DNA of 63,688 bases, the filler included. It is 5 parts of 5 records of this genome, joined end to end, with 100 filler letters (N's around TTAATTAATTAA, not from the genome) between each part and the next. Parts side by side here need not be neighbours in the genome. Positions count along the whole stretch, not along the records: positions 48,677 to 54,658 come from SRR2962707_2017; positions 54,759 to 63,688 come from SRR2962707_2020; 3 more parts are not named here. The stretch is one strand, 5' to 3'. Numbering within the stretch: the stretch's first letter is position 1; each line of letters starts with the position of its first letter. The translations under genes and the position numbers were made by a program. The notes under the pieces were generated by a model. That model ran no database searches. It saw only the letters and a list, made by a program, of their open reading frames with translations, and had not been told where the DNA came from. Shown here piece by piece: positions 48,686 to 58,000 of the stretch.

Positions 48686-48808
48686 TCAGGGGCTGATAAG
48701 AAGGAGAAGCAGCGCAGGGAGCAGCAGCAGGCCGGCGGCCAGCAGCAAACGGGCCTGTAGGGCCTGGGTTTGTGCGATGGCGATGGCTTTGGCGCGGCGG
48801 CGCTGCAT
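48686..48808 (-). CDS. Candidate 40-aa small membrane protein (not in the ORF track)
   Basis: ATG 48808 to TGA 48686 gives MQRRRAKAIAIAQTQALQARLLLAAGLLLLPALLLLLISP: basic N-terminus plus a 20-residue hydrophobic C-terminus. RBS is weak. Confidence 0.4.
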   Translation of the reverse strand: MQRRRAKAIAIAQTQALQARLLLAAGLLLLPALLLLLISP

Positions 48809-48905
48809 GAGTACGCTCTGGTACGGCTATCAATTGCCAATGACAATGCGCCAAGCCGCCCCTCCGTGCAAGGGTAGAACGCTGAATTATGTTACTTTTT
48901 TATCG

Positions 48906-49334
48906 TCACCCGAATGCGAACACCGCCGAAAGCAGCACGCCGAGAAACGCCGTGCCAGTGATCTTGTGCGCCGTGCCGGCCAATTTTGCCGCCTGCGCAT
49001 CGCCCCCCTGCGACTTCTTGAACTGAATGCCGCCATAGATAATCGCCGCTAGCATCACGGCCACCAGAACCATTTTGACCCAGAACCAGACCGAAGCGCC
49101 GCCCAGCCCGCCATACTTCATGAACATGATCAGCGGCCCGGTGATAAGCAGGGCGGCCATGGCCACTTTGCCCACCTGCGAGAGCGTATTCATCACACCA
49201 AAATAGCCAACGCGCTGTTCCGGCGTGGCTGCGGCCATACGAGCGCCAATAACCGGCCCGACCACAGAATTCGAGCCACCGACAACAAAGCCGATCACGT
49301 GCACCCAAATAAGAAGATTGATGACGACGTCCAT
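48906..49334 (-). CDS. Four-TM membrane protein (DUF2269/CopD-like)
   Basis: LIWVHVIG, LLITGP and WFWVKMVLV pattern. Strong AGGAGG RBS. Confidence 0.7.
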   Translation of the reverse strand: MDVVINLLIWVHVIGFVVGGSNSVVGPVIGARMAAATPEQRVGYFGVMNTLSQVGKVAMAALLITGPLIMFMKYGGLGGASVWFWVKMVLVAVMLAAIIYGGIQFKKSQGGDAQAAKLAGTAHKITGTAFLGVLLSAVFAFG

Positions 49335-49403
49335 CGTCCTGCCCTCCTGCTGCTCAGTCCCCGGTCAGGAGAATAGCACACCGGAGGTCGGACGGAACGG
49401 CTC

Positions 49404-50285
49404 TCAATCCAGATCCAGGACGCCTTCGCCGACCACCACCGCCTCGCCGCCAATGGCGCCATACACCAATACGTCATTGTCCTTGCGCAATTGCAGGGTG
49501 ATGCGGCAGGGCCGCCCCATTTCGTAGCCTTGGCGCAGGACATAGTCGGTCTGGCCGGTCCCCACAGCCTGTTCGGCCAACAGGCCGATCAGCGCCGCAG
49601 CCGCCGAACCGGTACCGGGATCCTCCCCGATATCCATGCCGAACATGCGCGCGGCAATATCGTTCTCGCGCTCTTCCGGGGTGAGGGTGAATACATAGGC
49701 GGAATGATGTTCCTGGTCGAACACCTGGTCCCAGGCCGTCTTGTTGACCCGCACCCGCTTGAGCACCGATGCATCGCGAACCGGCACGAGGTGGAAGGTC
49801 ACCCCGGCTGAAAACACCGCCGGCTTATAGACATCGCAGCCAATCTCCTCGACTTCGATACCCAGTGCCTGCGCAATCCCCAGCCGGTCAGGCAATTCTG
49901 CAATGCGCGCCGGCAGCCGTGGTAAGGTAAACCGCGCCTCCCCGCTCCGCCGGTCCAGCCGCTCGAACAGCGCGGTGACGAGACCCACTTTTTCTTCCAT
50001 CCGGATAGCCGAGGCCCGGCTGTTCAGCCCAAGCGACACAGCCGCGCCTACTGTCGGATGACCGGCAAAGGGCAGTTCCTGATAGGGCGTGAAGATACGC
50101 AGGGCCGCGCTGTTGCGCTCATTCTGCGGCTTGCAGATGAACACGGTCTCGCTGAGATTGAATTCGCGGGCGATCGCCTGCATCTCATTGTCCATCAACC
50201 CGTCGGCTTTTGGCACTACGGCCAGCGCATTGCCCTTAAGCGGAGAACGCGTGAAGACGTCAAGGATCAGGTAAGGCAGTTTCAA
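49404..50285 (-). CDS. PhzF family (diaminopimelate epimerase-like) protein
   Basis: DVFT...GN, EFNLSETVF, RIFTPYQELPFAGHPTVG, EDPGTGSA and QGYEMGRP. Confidence 0.92.
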   Translation of the reverse strand: MKLPYLILDVFTRSPLKGNALAVVPKADGLMDNEMQAIAREFNLSETVFICKPQNERNSAALRIFTPYQELPFAGHPTVGAAVSLGLNSRASAIRMEEKVGLVTALFERLDRRSGEARFTLPRLPARIAELPDRLGIAQALGIEVEEIGCDVYKPAVFSAGVTFHLVPVRDASVLKRVRVNKTAWDQVFDQEHHSAYVFTLTPEERENDIAARMFGMDIGEDPGTGSAAAALIGLLAEQAVGTGQTDYVLRQGYEMGRPCRITLQLRKDNDVLVYGAIGGEAVVVGEGVLDLD

Positions 50286-50779
50286 CGTGCAACCTCCGGC
50301 AGCGCATAGTCCGACCGGGCTTTGCCCAGATGGTCACACAATGCGTCGACAACCACACCATGATCGCTGCGACCGGGCAGACCCGAAACGGTCAACGTGC
50401 CGATGATCCCGGCGCCCGGCACCCGGATGGGAAAGCCGCCGCCCGCGATGACAAAGTCTGCCGGGTCGGCGCCGAACACCTCGGGAAACACCCCTTCTCC
50501 GCGTTCCAGCACCAGCCGGTAGGTGGCGCGCTGGAAGCGGCGCACCGTATTGATTTTGCGGCGCACCCACTCGGCATTATCGGCGGTAGTGCCCGGGGTG
50601 GCTGCAAAGAACAATTGCCGGTCCCAATTCCGCAGATCCACGATCAGCGACAATCCCTCTGCCACAGACCGATTTCGAATGGCCGAGCCGATCTCGAAAG
50701 CCACGGCTTCGTCGAACGCGGGCAGAACCAGCTCCGTCTCCTGGCGTTGAACCAGCGCGATCTCGTCTTTGGTGTCCAT
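50282..50779 (-). CDS. UPF0303 / heme-degrading (GlcG/HbpS-like) domain protein
   Basis: GTTADNAEWVRRKINTV, GGGFPIRV and TVSGLP..SDH. Confidence 0.88.
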   Translation of the reverse strand: MDTKDEIALVQRQETELVLPAFDEAVAFEIGSAIRNRSVAEGLSLIVDLRNWDRQLFFAATPGTTADNAEWVRRKINTVRRFQRATYRLVLERGEGVFPEVFGADPADFVIAGGGFPIRVPGAGIIGTLTVSGLPGRSDHGVVVDALCDHLGKARSDYALPEVAR

Positions 50780-50782
50780 GTT

Positions 50783-51247
50783 TTAGCCCTGATGTGTCCG
50801 GGTCCAGGCGTCGAACAACGGTGTCCGATCCGTGGCCCCCTTAGGAAAGTTGACATGCGTTGGGTCGAGCTGAACCCACGCAGCCTTGCTGTCAGTCCAG
50901 ATATTGCCGACCGGTGCCGCCCAATCGAGATCGTCGAGCGAGCCGGCACGCACCACCTTGATGCCCCCAGCCGGCGGCACATTCCAAAGCCAGTTATGGC
51001 ATTTGGCACAGAAATGCATGGCAATGACATTGCCGCTATCGGCAGTTCGATCATAGCGTTCGGTCTCGCCCGCCAGCACGTGAAAATCCTGGTCCTTGAC
51101 GATCATCGACATCGACCAGGCCGCGCCCGAATAGCGCTGGCAATCCTTGCAATGGCAATTATAGACCGAGAGTGGCGAGGCCTTGAGCCGGTAGCGCACC
51201 GCACCACACGAACACCCACCTTCGACCGGAAATTCTGGCAACGCCAT
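50783..51247 (-). CDS. GFA (glutathione-dependent formaldehyde-activating / CENP-V) family Zn protein
   Basis: GGCSCGAVRY, CHCKDCQR and FCAKC. ATG 51247 with GGAGA RBS. Confidence 0.92.
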   Translation of the reverse strand: MALPEFPVEGGCSCGAVRYRLKASPLSVYNCHCKDCQRYSGAAWSMSMIVKDQDFHVLAGETERYDRTADSGNVIAMHFCAKCHNWLWNVPPAGGIKVVRAGSLDDLDWAAPVGNIWTDSKAAWVQLDPTHVNFPKGATDRTPLFDAWTRTHQG

Positions 51248-51276
51248 CTTCGTCTCTCCAATATGGTGAGACGGTT

Positions 51277-51335
51277 CTAGAGCGTTCTCTGCAAAACTGG
51301 CAACGGCTTTGCGGCTTGGGAACGCGACAAACAAT
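51277..51335. repeat. Degenerate Rhizobiales-type palindromic interspersed repeat (Bru-RS/RPE-like)
   Basis: CTAGAGCGTTCTCTGCAAAACTGG...TTTGCGGCTTGGGAACGCGACAAACAAT with nested arms GCGTTC/GAACGC and GCAAA/TTTGC. Confidence 0.55.
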
Positions 51336-51362
51336 AGCCGTTTCCCGTCAAAATGAAGCCGC

Positions 51363-53132
51363 CTACTCTGCTGCTGGCGCCTTGATGCCGTGCTGAGCGT
51401 CATTGATCCGCTTCTGCTGATCGAGCCAGGCCACCGCATCGCTGGTCTTGAACAGTTCCAGGTCTTCCGCGTCAGTCTCGGAAACCGGCGCCATGGACAA
51501 GTCCGCATAAGCCTTGCGATTGGGGTCGCGCTCGACCTTCAATTGCCTGAGGCCAAAACGGAAGTAGAGCCATGCCCATCGCGCCAGTTTCCAGCCCAGC
51601 TCCGCATAATATTTCGGATAGAACAGTACGGCTGGCTCTATCGGCATTCCCGAGCGCCGGTTGAGCCGCGACTTCTTACGGATCCAGCCAACCTCCAGCG
51701 GATGCACCCCCTCGATCTTGAGGGCGCCCATGAACCAGGTACACAGCAGCAGCACCTGTGCAGTGGAAACTCCTGAGGCCGCGGCCCGCCGCATGATCGT
51801 TTCGACATGGTCAAGCGAGTAATAGCGGCTCCAGGCGTCTGCATAGACCTGCTCGAACTGCGCCTTGGTCATGTTTGGATGCGCGGTGGTCGCGTGATTG
51901 AGATCGTATTTGTTGAGATCGGGGTCCATCGCTACCCCGGCCCGATGCAGCTTCTGATGGTCCTCCGAACCCGGCAGCGGCGTGAGGAAGAAGAACTCGA
52001 GGATATCGACCGGCAACTCCCGCTTGACCACGTCGATATCGTGCATGATCCGCTCGGGCGTGTCGGTGGGAAAGCCCAGAATATAGCCGGCATAAGTGAT
52101 GACATGCCACTTCTTCCAGGCCTGCAGCATGACCCGATATTCGGTGATCTTGTTCTGCCGCTTTTTGGCATCCTTGAGATTGGCGGGATTGACGTTCTCC
52201 AGCCCGATGAACACCCGCGTGACCCCTGCGCGGGAACACTTCTCGATGAACTTGGGAATCCGGTGGCACAGCGTGTCGACCTGGATGATGAAGTTGAAAT
52301 TCAGCCCCTCGACCTCACGCATGTGAATCAGACGATCCAGGATCGCTTCCCAGTCCTTGTTGCGCGCGAAATTGTCGTCTGTGATGAAATAGCGATGCAC
52401 GCCCTGGCTCATATTGAGCCGGATGATCTTCTCTATGTCGTCCGGTGAGCGTCGGCGTGATTTGCGCCCCTGTACATTGATGATAGTGCAGAACGAGCAC
52501 TGATAGGGGCACCCCCTGCCCGCATCGAAGCTGGTGAGGTTGTAGGCGGTGCGCGACACATGTTCGGCGGGCATGAAGGGCACCGGCGTATCCTCGATCC
52601 CCGGCAGATCGTGCATGAAATTGTAGAGCGGCTGCAGCGTCCCGGCGATAGCATCGGCCAACACTGCATCCGTCCGGCCCTCCATTTCCCCGGCAAACAG
52701 GGAAATGCCCATCGCCTGCGCGGTTTTGAAATCGGCGTCTTCGCCATTGAGCATCGAGATGACGCCCGAGACATGAAACCCGCCGATCGCCACCTGCACC
52801 CCGGCGTCTCTGAGCGGCCGGGCGATATCGAGCGCCCTCGGGAACTGGTTGGACTGCACGCCGATCAGCATCACCAGCGCCACGTCTGCGCCCTTGCAGT
52901 CGGCGATCACCCCCTTGATGTCGATTTCGGTATTGGTCTCGTCGATGGTCTCGACATCAACCTGCCATTCGCCACCCAGCGCCTTGCGGTCGATCGCGTC
53001 CCGCACCAGCCCATGCACCGAGGCGAGCGAATTGGACGGTATTGGGGAAAGTTTCCATTGGATGACATAGCCGTCATCGTCATAGTGAGACGGCTTGATC
53101 AGGTAGAGCGCGAACCGCTTGGTCAAAGTCAC
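51363..53132 (-). CDS. B12-binding domain radical SAM protein
   Basis: CxxxCxxC motif (RGCPYQCSFC), FITDDNF and FIGLE, TPLPGS, and an N-terminal cobalamin-binding-like region (VAIGGFHVS, FAGEME). GTG start with GGGAGA RBS. Confidence 0.88.
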   Translation of the reverse strand: MTLTKRFALYLIKPSHYDDDGYVIQWKLSPIPSNSLASVHGLVRDAIDRKALGGEWQVDVETIDETNTEIDIKGVIADCKGADVALVMLIGVQSNQFPRALDIARPLRDAGVQVAIGGFHVSGVISMLNGEDADFKTAQAMGISLFAGEMEGRTDAVLADAIAGTLQPLYNFMHDLPGIEDTPVPFMPAEHVSRTAYNLTSFDAGRGCPYQCSFCTIINVQGRKSRRRSPDDIEKIIRLNMSQGVHRYFITDDNFARNKDWEAILDRLIHMREVEGLNFNFIIQVDTLCHRIPKFIEKCSRAGVTRVFIGLENVNPANLKDAKKRQNKITEYRVMLQAWKKWHVITYAGYILGFPTDTPERIMHDIDVVKRELPVDILEFFFLTPLPGSEDHQKLHRAGVAMDPDLNKYDLNHATTAHPNMTKAQFEQVYADAWSRYYSLDHVETIMRRAAASGVSTAQVLLLCTWFMGALKIEGVHPLEVGWIRKKSRLNRRSGMPIEPAVLFYPKYYAELGWKLARWAWLYFRFGLRQLKVERDPNRKAYADLSMAPVSETDAEDLELFKTSDAVAWLDQQKRINDAQHGIKAPAAE

Positions 53133-53226
53133 GATAGTCTCCCTGTTGGGAAGCCCGAAGACTGACGACGCTGATCAATAGCCTAACAGAATGAAATCGA
53201 GACGAAAGACCCCTTATCTGGTGCGC

Positions 53227-54075
53227 CTAGCCTACCCGTCGCGCCAGCTCGGACACCCAGGCGGCCGCTTCATGTCCATGCACGCTCGCCGAGCGCACCA
53301 GATCGTCGAAATGCCGGGCCATCAGGCGGATATAGGTGGGCGCCGTGAAGGCCAGGTAGCGTTGCCCCAGATAGATGGCCACACGCTGCTGGCCATAGAC
53401 TGAAAACGGCACCGAATAGAGCTCGCGGGCATCGAAGGCATAGAGCCGGGCTGACGGGTAGAACTCCTCAAGCGAAGCGGCCATGGCCTCCAATTGCCGT
53501 TTGCGGATCTCCGCCGGCAGACCGCGCCATTGCCATTCGCCCGCAGCAAAGCTCTCCAATGTCTGGACGGGAACAGCAATCTCCATATCCGTCTCCAGCC
53601 GCCGCAGCAGCGCAATTTGCGCCGCCGAATCGCTGATCGCCTGCTGAGGCGTACGGCGCACCGCCGTCTCATATTCAAAGACATGAACTTCGTCGGTCTT
53701 GAAAATGTCGGGCAGCCCCGCCGGGACATGCCGGATTTTCGCGCCCAGCACCTCGGCATTCCACTTCAGGACCTGCTCATCCACCGGGTGGCGCGCCGCC
53801 TCGGTCATCTGCACGGCCTGGTCGAGGATTTCGCTGGCCGCACCGCGATGATTGGACAGGCCCAGCAACCAGTCGGACGATACCTGCAGGGCCGCCGCAA
53901 TTTCCGCCAGAGCCTGGCCGCTCGGCAAGCGCGGCTCATCTGCAAGCAGCAATTGCGACACTGTCGACCGGTCAAGCCCGGCCGATTGCGCCAGCCGCGT
54001 TTGCGACCACCCGGCCCGGCCGACGGCATCGGTCAGTCTCTGCTTGAAGATTTCGGCCCGTTCGCGCTTGTCCAT
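53227..54075 (-). CDS. XRE-family HTH regulator with an uncharacterised C-terminal domain
   Basis: SQTRLAQSAGLDRSTVSQLL...LQVSSDWLLGL cro/C1 HTH. Start at ATG 54075. Confidence 0.85.
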   Translation of the reverse strand: MDKRERAEIFKQRLTDAVGRAGWSQTRLAQSAGLDRSTVSQLLLADEPRLPSGQALAEIAAALQVSSDWLLGLSNHRGAASEILDQAVQMTEAARHPVDEQVLKWNAEVLGAKIRHVPAGLPDIFKTDEVHVFEYETAVRRTPQQAISDSAAQIALLRRLETDMEIAVPVQTLESFAAGEWQWRGLPAEIRKRQLEAMAASLEEFYPSARLYAFDARELYSVPFSVYGQQRVAIYLGQRYLAFTAPTYIRLMARHFDDLVRSASVHGHEAAAWVSELARRVG

Positions 54076-54234
54076 ATGCGGGCTTTTGCCACGCATGGTG
54101 ATAAAAAACAACAATAGTCGCAAAACACACCGAATTGTCGCAGAGCGTCACCAATCCCTCCTTGTTGTCAGGCGTCTGGACTGACATCAGCGCTGCAACA
54201 GCAGTGTAGCACCCCCATCTCACAGGAGGATAAA

Positions 54235-54441
54235 TTGGAAAGTTCGGCCCGCTCCATCGTCAAGGCGGTCACGTGGCAGGCCATTGGCCTGGTCACCATG
54301 ACGCTGATGGGCTGGTTGGCCACCGGGAGCCTGGTGGCCGCCGGAGGGCTCGCCCTCTCGGGAGCGCTTTCCGGCTTCGTCTGCTTCATCCTCCACGAGC
54401 GCCTCTGGGCGCGAATCCGGTGGGGCCGCACCGAACAATGA
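54235..54441 (+). CDS. DUF2061 family small membrane protein
   Basis: RSIVKAVTWQ...HERLWARIRWG signature. TTG start with AGGAGG at 54224-54229. Confidence 0.85.
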   Translation: MESSARSIVKAVTWQAIGLVTMTLMGWLATGSLVAAGGLALSGALSGFVCFILHERLWARIRWGRTEQ

Positions 54442-54467
54442 AAAAGGCGGGCCCGCAGACCCGCCTT
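54441..54467 (-). terminator. Intrinsic terminator for ilvC, possibly bidirectional
   Basis: AAGGCGGG-N8-CCCGCCTT stem. The A-run at 54441-54445 gives a U tail on the minus strand. Confidence 0.7.
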
Positions 54468-54493
54468 CCATTATTTCATCGCAGACGCGAGGA

Positions 54494-54658
54494 TCAGTTC
54501 TTGGCCTTGTCGACCAGGGCGCCAGCCTTGATCCACGGCATCATGTCGCGCAGCTTGGTGCCGACTTCCTCGATCGGATGCTCGTCGGCCAGGCGACGGG
54601 TCGCCTTGAAGCGGGCGCCGCCGCCCGACTTGATTTCCTGCATCCACTCGGAGGTGAA
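54494..54658 (-). CDS. ilvC: Ketol-acid reductoisomerase, C-terminal fragment
   Basis: Manual translation [54 protein letters not shown] matches the alphaproteobacterial IlvC C-terminus. Confidence 0.9.
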   Translation of the reverse strand, partial: FTSEWMQEIKSGGGARFKATRRLADEHPIEEVGTKLRDMMPWIKAGALVDKAKN

Positions 54659-54758
54659 NNNNNNNNNNNNNNNNNNNNNNNNNNNNNNNNNNNNNNNNNN
54701 NNTTAATTAATTAANNNNNNNNNNNNNNNNNNNNNNNNNNNNNNNNNNNNNNNNNNNN
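54659..54758. other. Artificial contig spacer
   Basis: N44-TTAATTAATTAA-N44. Confidence 0.99.
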
Positions 54759-54788
54759 GTCGTCGTCGTCGTTGTCGTTGTTGTTGTT
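54759..54788 (+). repeat. (GTC)n/(GTT)n microsatellite
   Basis: GTCGTCGTCGTCGTTGTCGTTGTTGTTGTT at the contig edge. Confidence 0.85.
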
Positions 54789-54913
54789 CCTCAAGTCGGG
54801 TTTGGTGCTCGTGTGGGCGCGGCAGTTACACTAAGGAAATCTTTGTGCAGGCACTGTGCTTGCCCTGATTGATTGATTCACAGAGTGGCAGCTGACCCAG
54901 TGGTTGGAGCTCA

Positions 54914-55060
54914 GTGTGTGCGTGTGTGTGTGCGCGCGTGCGCGTGAGAGTCGAAAGAAGCGAAGGTTGCTGCTGGTCGACGAACACCTATGGACTGATT
55001 GTTGAACTCTTTTGAGTTGCCAGGGCTGTGACGGGCAGACAGGCAGACAGGCAGACAGGC
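54914..55060 (+). repeat. Simple repeats upstream of the eukaryotic gene: (GT)n/(GC)n and GGCAGACA x3
   Basis: GTGTGTGCGTGTGTGTGTGCGCGCGTGCGCG at about 54914-54944. GGCAGACA tandem at about 55034-55057. Confidence 0.8.
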
Positions 55061-55070
55061 GGGCGGGGGC

Positions 55071-58000
55071 ATGGCGGACGCAGCAGCGGGCAAGCGCAGC
55101 GGCGGAGGCACTGCCTCTGACCCGGACATACTTGCCCACAGCAACTTGAGGCAGACAGGGCGGCGCCTGTCTGTGTCGCTGGATGGCTCAGGCCAGCAGG
55201 TGGAAGTTGACACGGGTGAGCTGAATGCGGTTGCCAAGCTCCTCAGCACAGATCGAATTGTGGAGCAGAAGGCCAGAGCCGTGCGACGACGGGCCGATGA
55301 GCGCCGGCGGCGTCGCAAGGGCATGGACAAGGTTGCAAAGCGCAATGATAAGATTCAGGAACTGTTCCAGACGTTCGACATTGACGGCGACGGCACGATT
55401 GATGAAATTGAGTTCGGCGAAGTCATTCGTTTTTTGCGCATCCCCATTCCACCAGAAAACATCACTCGCACGTTCATGACGATTGATACTGATGGCACGG
55501 GTAGCATTTCGCTGCGGGAGTTTCAGACTTGGTACAACGGCGACGGGAAAACCCTGATCAAACAAAACGGCCTGGAGAGGTTTCGCATGAACCTCCGAGA
55601 CTTGTCGGAGCCCGCGCGCAAAGCGCGTGACATGACCGTCGCGAAATACGAAATCCTGCGCGAGAATTTCCGGCGGCAGCGTCAGGTTCTGAAAGATCAG
55701 GAACGGGCCAAGCGCGAGCTAGAAGAGGCAAAACGCCTTGCAGAGGAAGCAGAGGCAGAGGCAAAGCGGATGGAAGAGTTAGAAGATTTGGCGCTTGAAG
55801 CAGACGCCGCCTTACTTGACGAAGATGATCACCTTGAAGGGCACCTTGATGATCTCGACAGCGACGATGACGGCGAAAGTGGAAGCCACGGCAGCGGCGT
55901 TGAAAACTCCGCCTCGACCCCACACGAGGCGAAGAATCCCTCACAGCCCGAGTGGCGGCAGCGCCGACACAATTACCTCATGGGACCTGATGTTCGGCAT
56001 ATCTTGACAAGAGTCAACTCTGTTCCTTACTCAGGGTTAGTGCTGCAGGTTTCTGGGCGGCAACAACGCAGTCGGGACAAAGATGAGTCGGACCATGAAA
56101 CCGAGCTAGAAGCCGAAGATGACGATAATGACGACCGCGAGGACGAAAGTAAACAGGAGAGCGACTTCCCTTTTCGACTTCGCATCCTTCTTAAGACAAC
56201 GCACCCAAGCGAGGCGGCGACCTTGGCAGCAGTGGCGGAATATTGCGACGCCGCGAGCAAAGGCGATGAGCCACCAAAGCCATTGATCGTGTTGCTCAAA
56301 ACGTCAGCTACGTTCTTCCACCCGGCTGCGGTTCTTGGCTTAGCAGCAGGCGGCGGCGGTGGTGTGTCAACCGTAGCATCAGGGGCAACCGAGGTTGCTG
56401 CATCGAGTGCTGCTCCTGGTATTGGAGCGGGATTCACGGGAGATTTTGTCAGCTGGCGTGCTGTATGCCACGTGCCAGCTGCTCTATTGCACCACGAGCT
56501 TGCCGTCTTCTTGCGCGCTTACCGGTACCTCGTGAGCGACCCAGAGTTGCGAAATTTCGTTGCAGGGACAACTGCCTTCGGTATGAGTGGTGTACCGTAT
56601 ATGCGTGACTTTGGTGCACTAGCAGGAACGGGGAGTTTTACTGGACTGCGGGGGGAGCCACATGCCGGTGGCGACGGTGGCCAAGCACTTCGAGAGATTC
56701 GCTTAGGGCTAGCGCTTCGCTCCTCCGAAATTGCCGAGCCTTTGACGCACGATGACGCGGTCGATGCTAGTGGGGCCAATCATACCCAGGTTAAGTCCGT
56801 TAGTGGTGGCAACAGCACCGTGTTTGCGCGGGAAGCGGACCTGCTGCAGCTTCACGAGCTGCTTGTCAGTGGCGACGGGCCTCGCTCGGATGGGCGTGGT
56901 GTGGTGGTTATTGCTGGATCAAGTGGCGTCGGAAAAGCTGCAGTTGTGTCCGCATATGCCCGCGTTGCATCGTTTAGGTTCCCGTTGGGCGTTTATACAA
57001 TCCGCCTCGACAATCCCTTTGAGCGCGAGGCGAGTGTTCGCGACACCGTGGTCAAGTTGGAAACTCTTTTTCCAGGTGCGTTTGGCTCACGTGTGGAAGT
57101 CGGCACAGCGGACAGCGACAAAATTGCAAGTGTCTCTGAAAGCCAAGCGCCGGCGGTGCGTTCCCACGGCGCCGCTGTCGACGATCTTACACCAGCAGAA
57201 AGGACACTTCTGCATCACCTGCACACCACTGCCGGGTGGTTGTTGGTGCTGCCAAACATTCAATCGTCGGCCCAGTTGCAGGAATTTTTGGGACGTTGGG
57301 ACCTGATCGATCGCTGCCGCGCCGGGTGCGGCAGCGTCGTGGCCACAACAGCCCTCGCCCCGGCTGATTTTGGCGAATACACTAGTGCAGCCGGCGATGA
57401 GTCAGACTACAAGCCTGCGATGTTTAGAATCCAGCGGTTGTCGAGTTTCTCGCGCCAAGAAGGCTCTGCGTTTTTGTTGGGTTGCGTCTACAGTTTTTTT
57501 CCTTCGATGTCTCCGCAGCCATCGACGAATTCAGACACTGATGGTGCTGATGCGGCCGAAGCAGCCGCAGTTCACTCTGCCAACATGGTCGGCGCTGCGT
57601 GCAAGAGGATCGTGAAGCTGGCTCGAAATAGCCCTTGCGCGCTGAAAGTATGCGTTGACGGAATTGCACAGGTGCTCCGACGGCAGCAGCAGGAGCGAGT
57701 TCCTGAAGTTAAACTTGTTGGCAGCGATAGTGATGACGAGGAGAACGAGGGAAATGATGAAGTGGAGCAGAACACGAGCCGTCACCTGCTGGCGTGCAGT
57801 GAGGCGGACGTGGCAGCAGCGCTGGAAGAGTATGCCGATCATCTTGATGGAGCGGCGGCGGGCTTGTCCAGCCCAAGAACTGGCTCTTTGGTGGCTGTGG
57901 AAGTTGCTGCAGCACTTGCTGCCAACACCGCGATTCTCAAAGCTGGTTTTCCGAAGCAGTGGAAGCAAGCGTCGTTAGTTCTCCAGCTTTGTGCAGCTGT

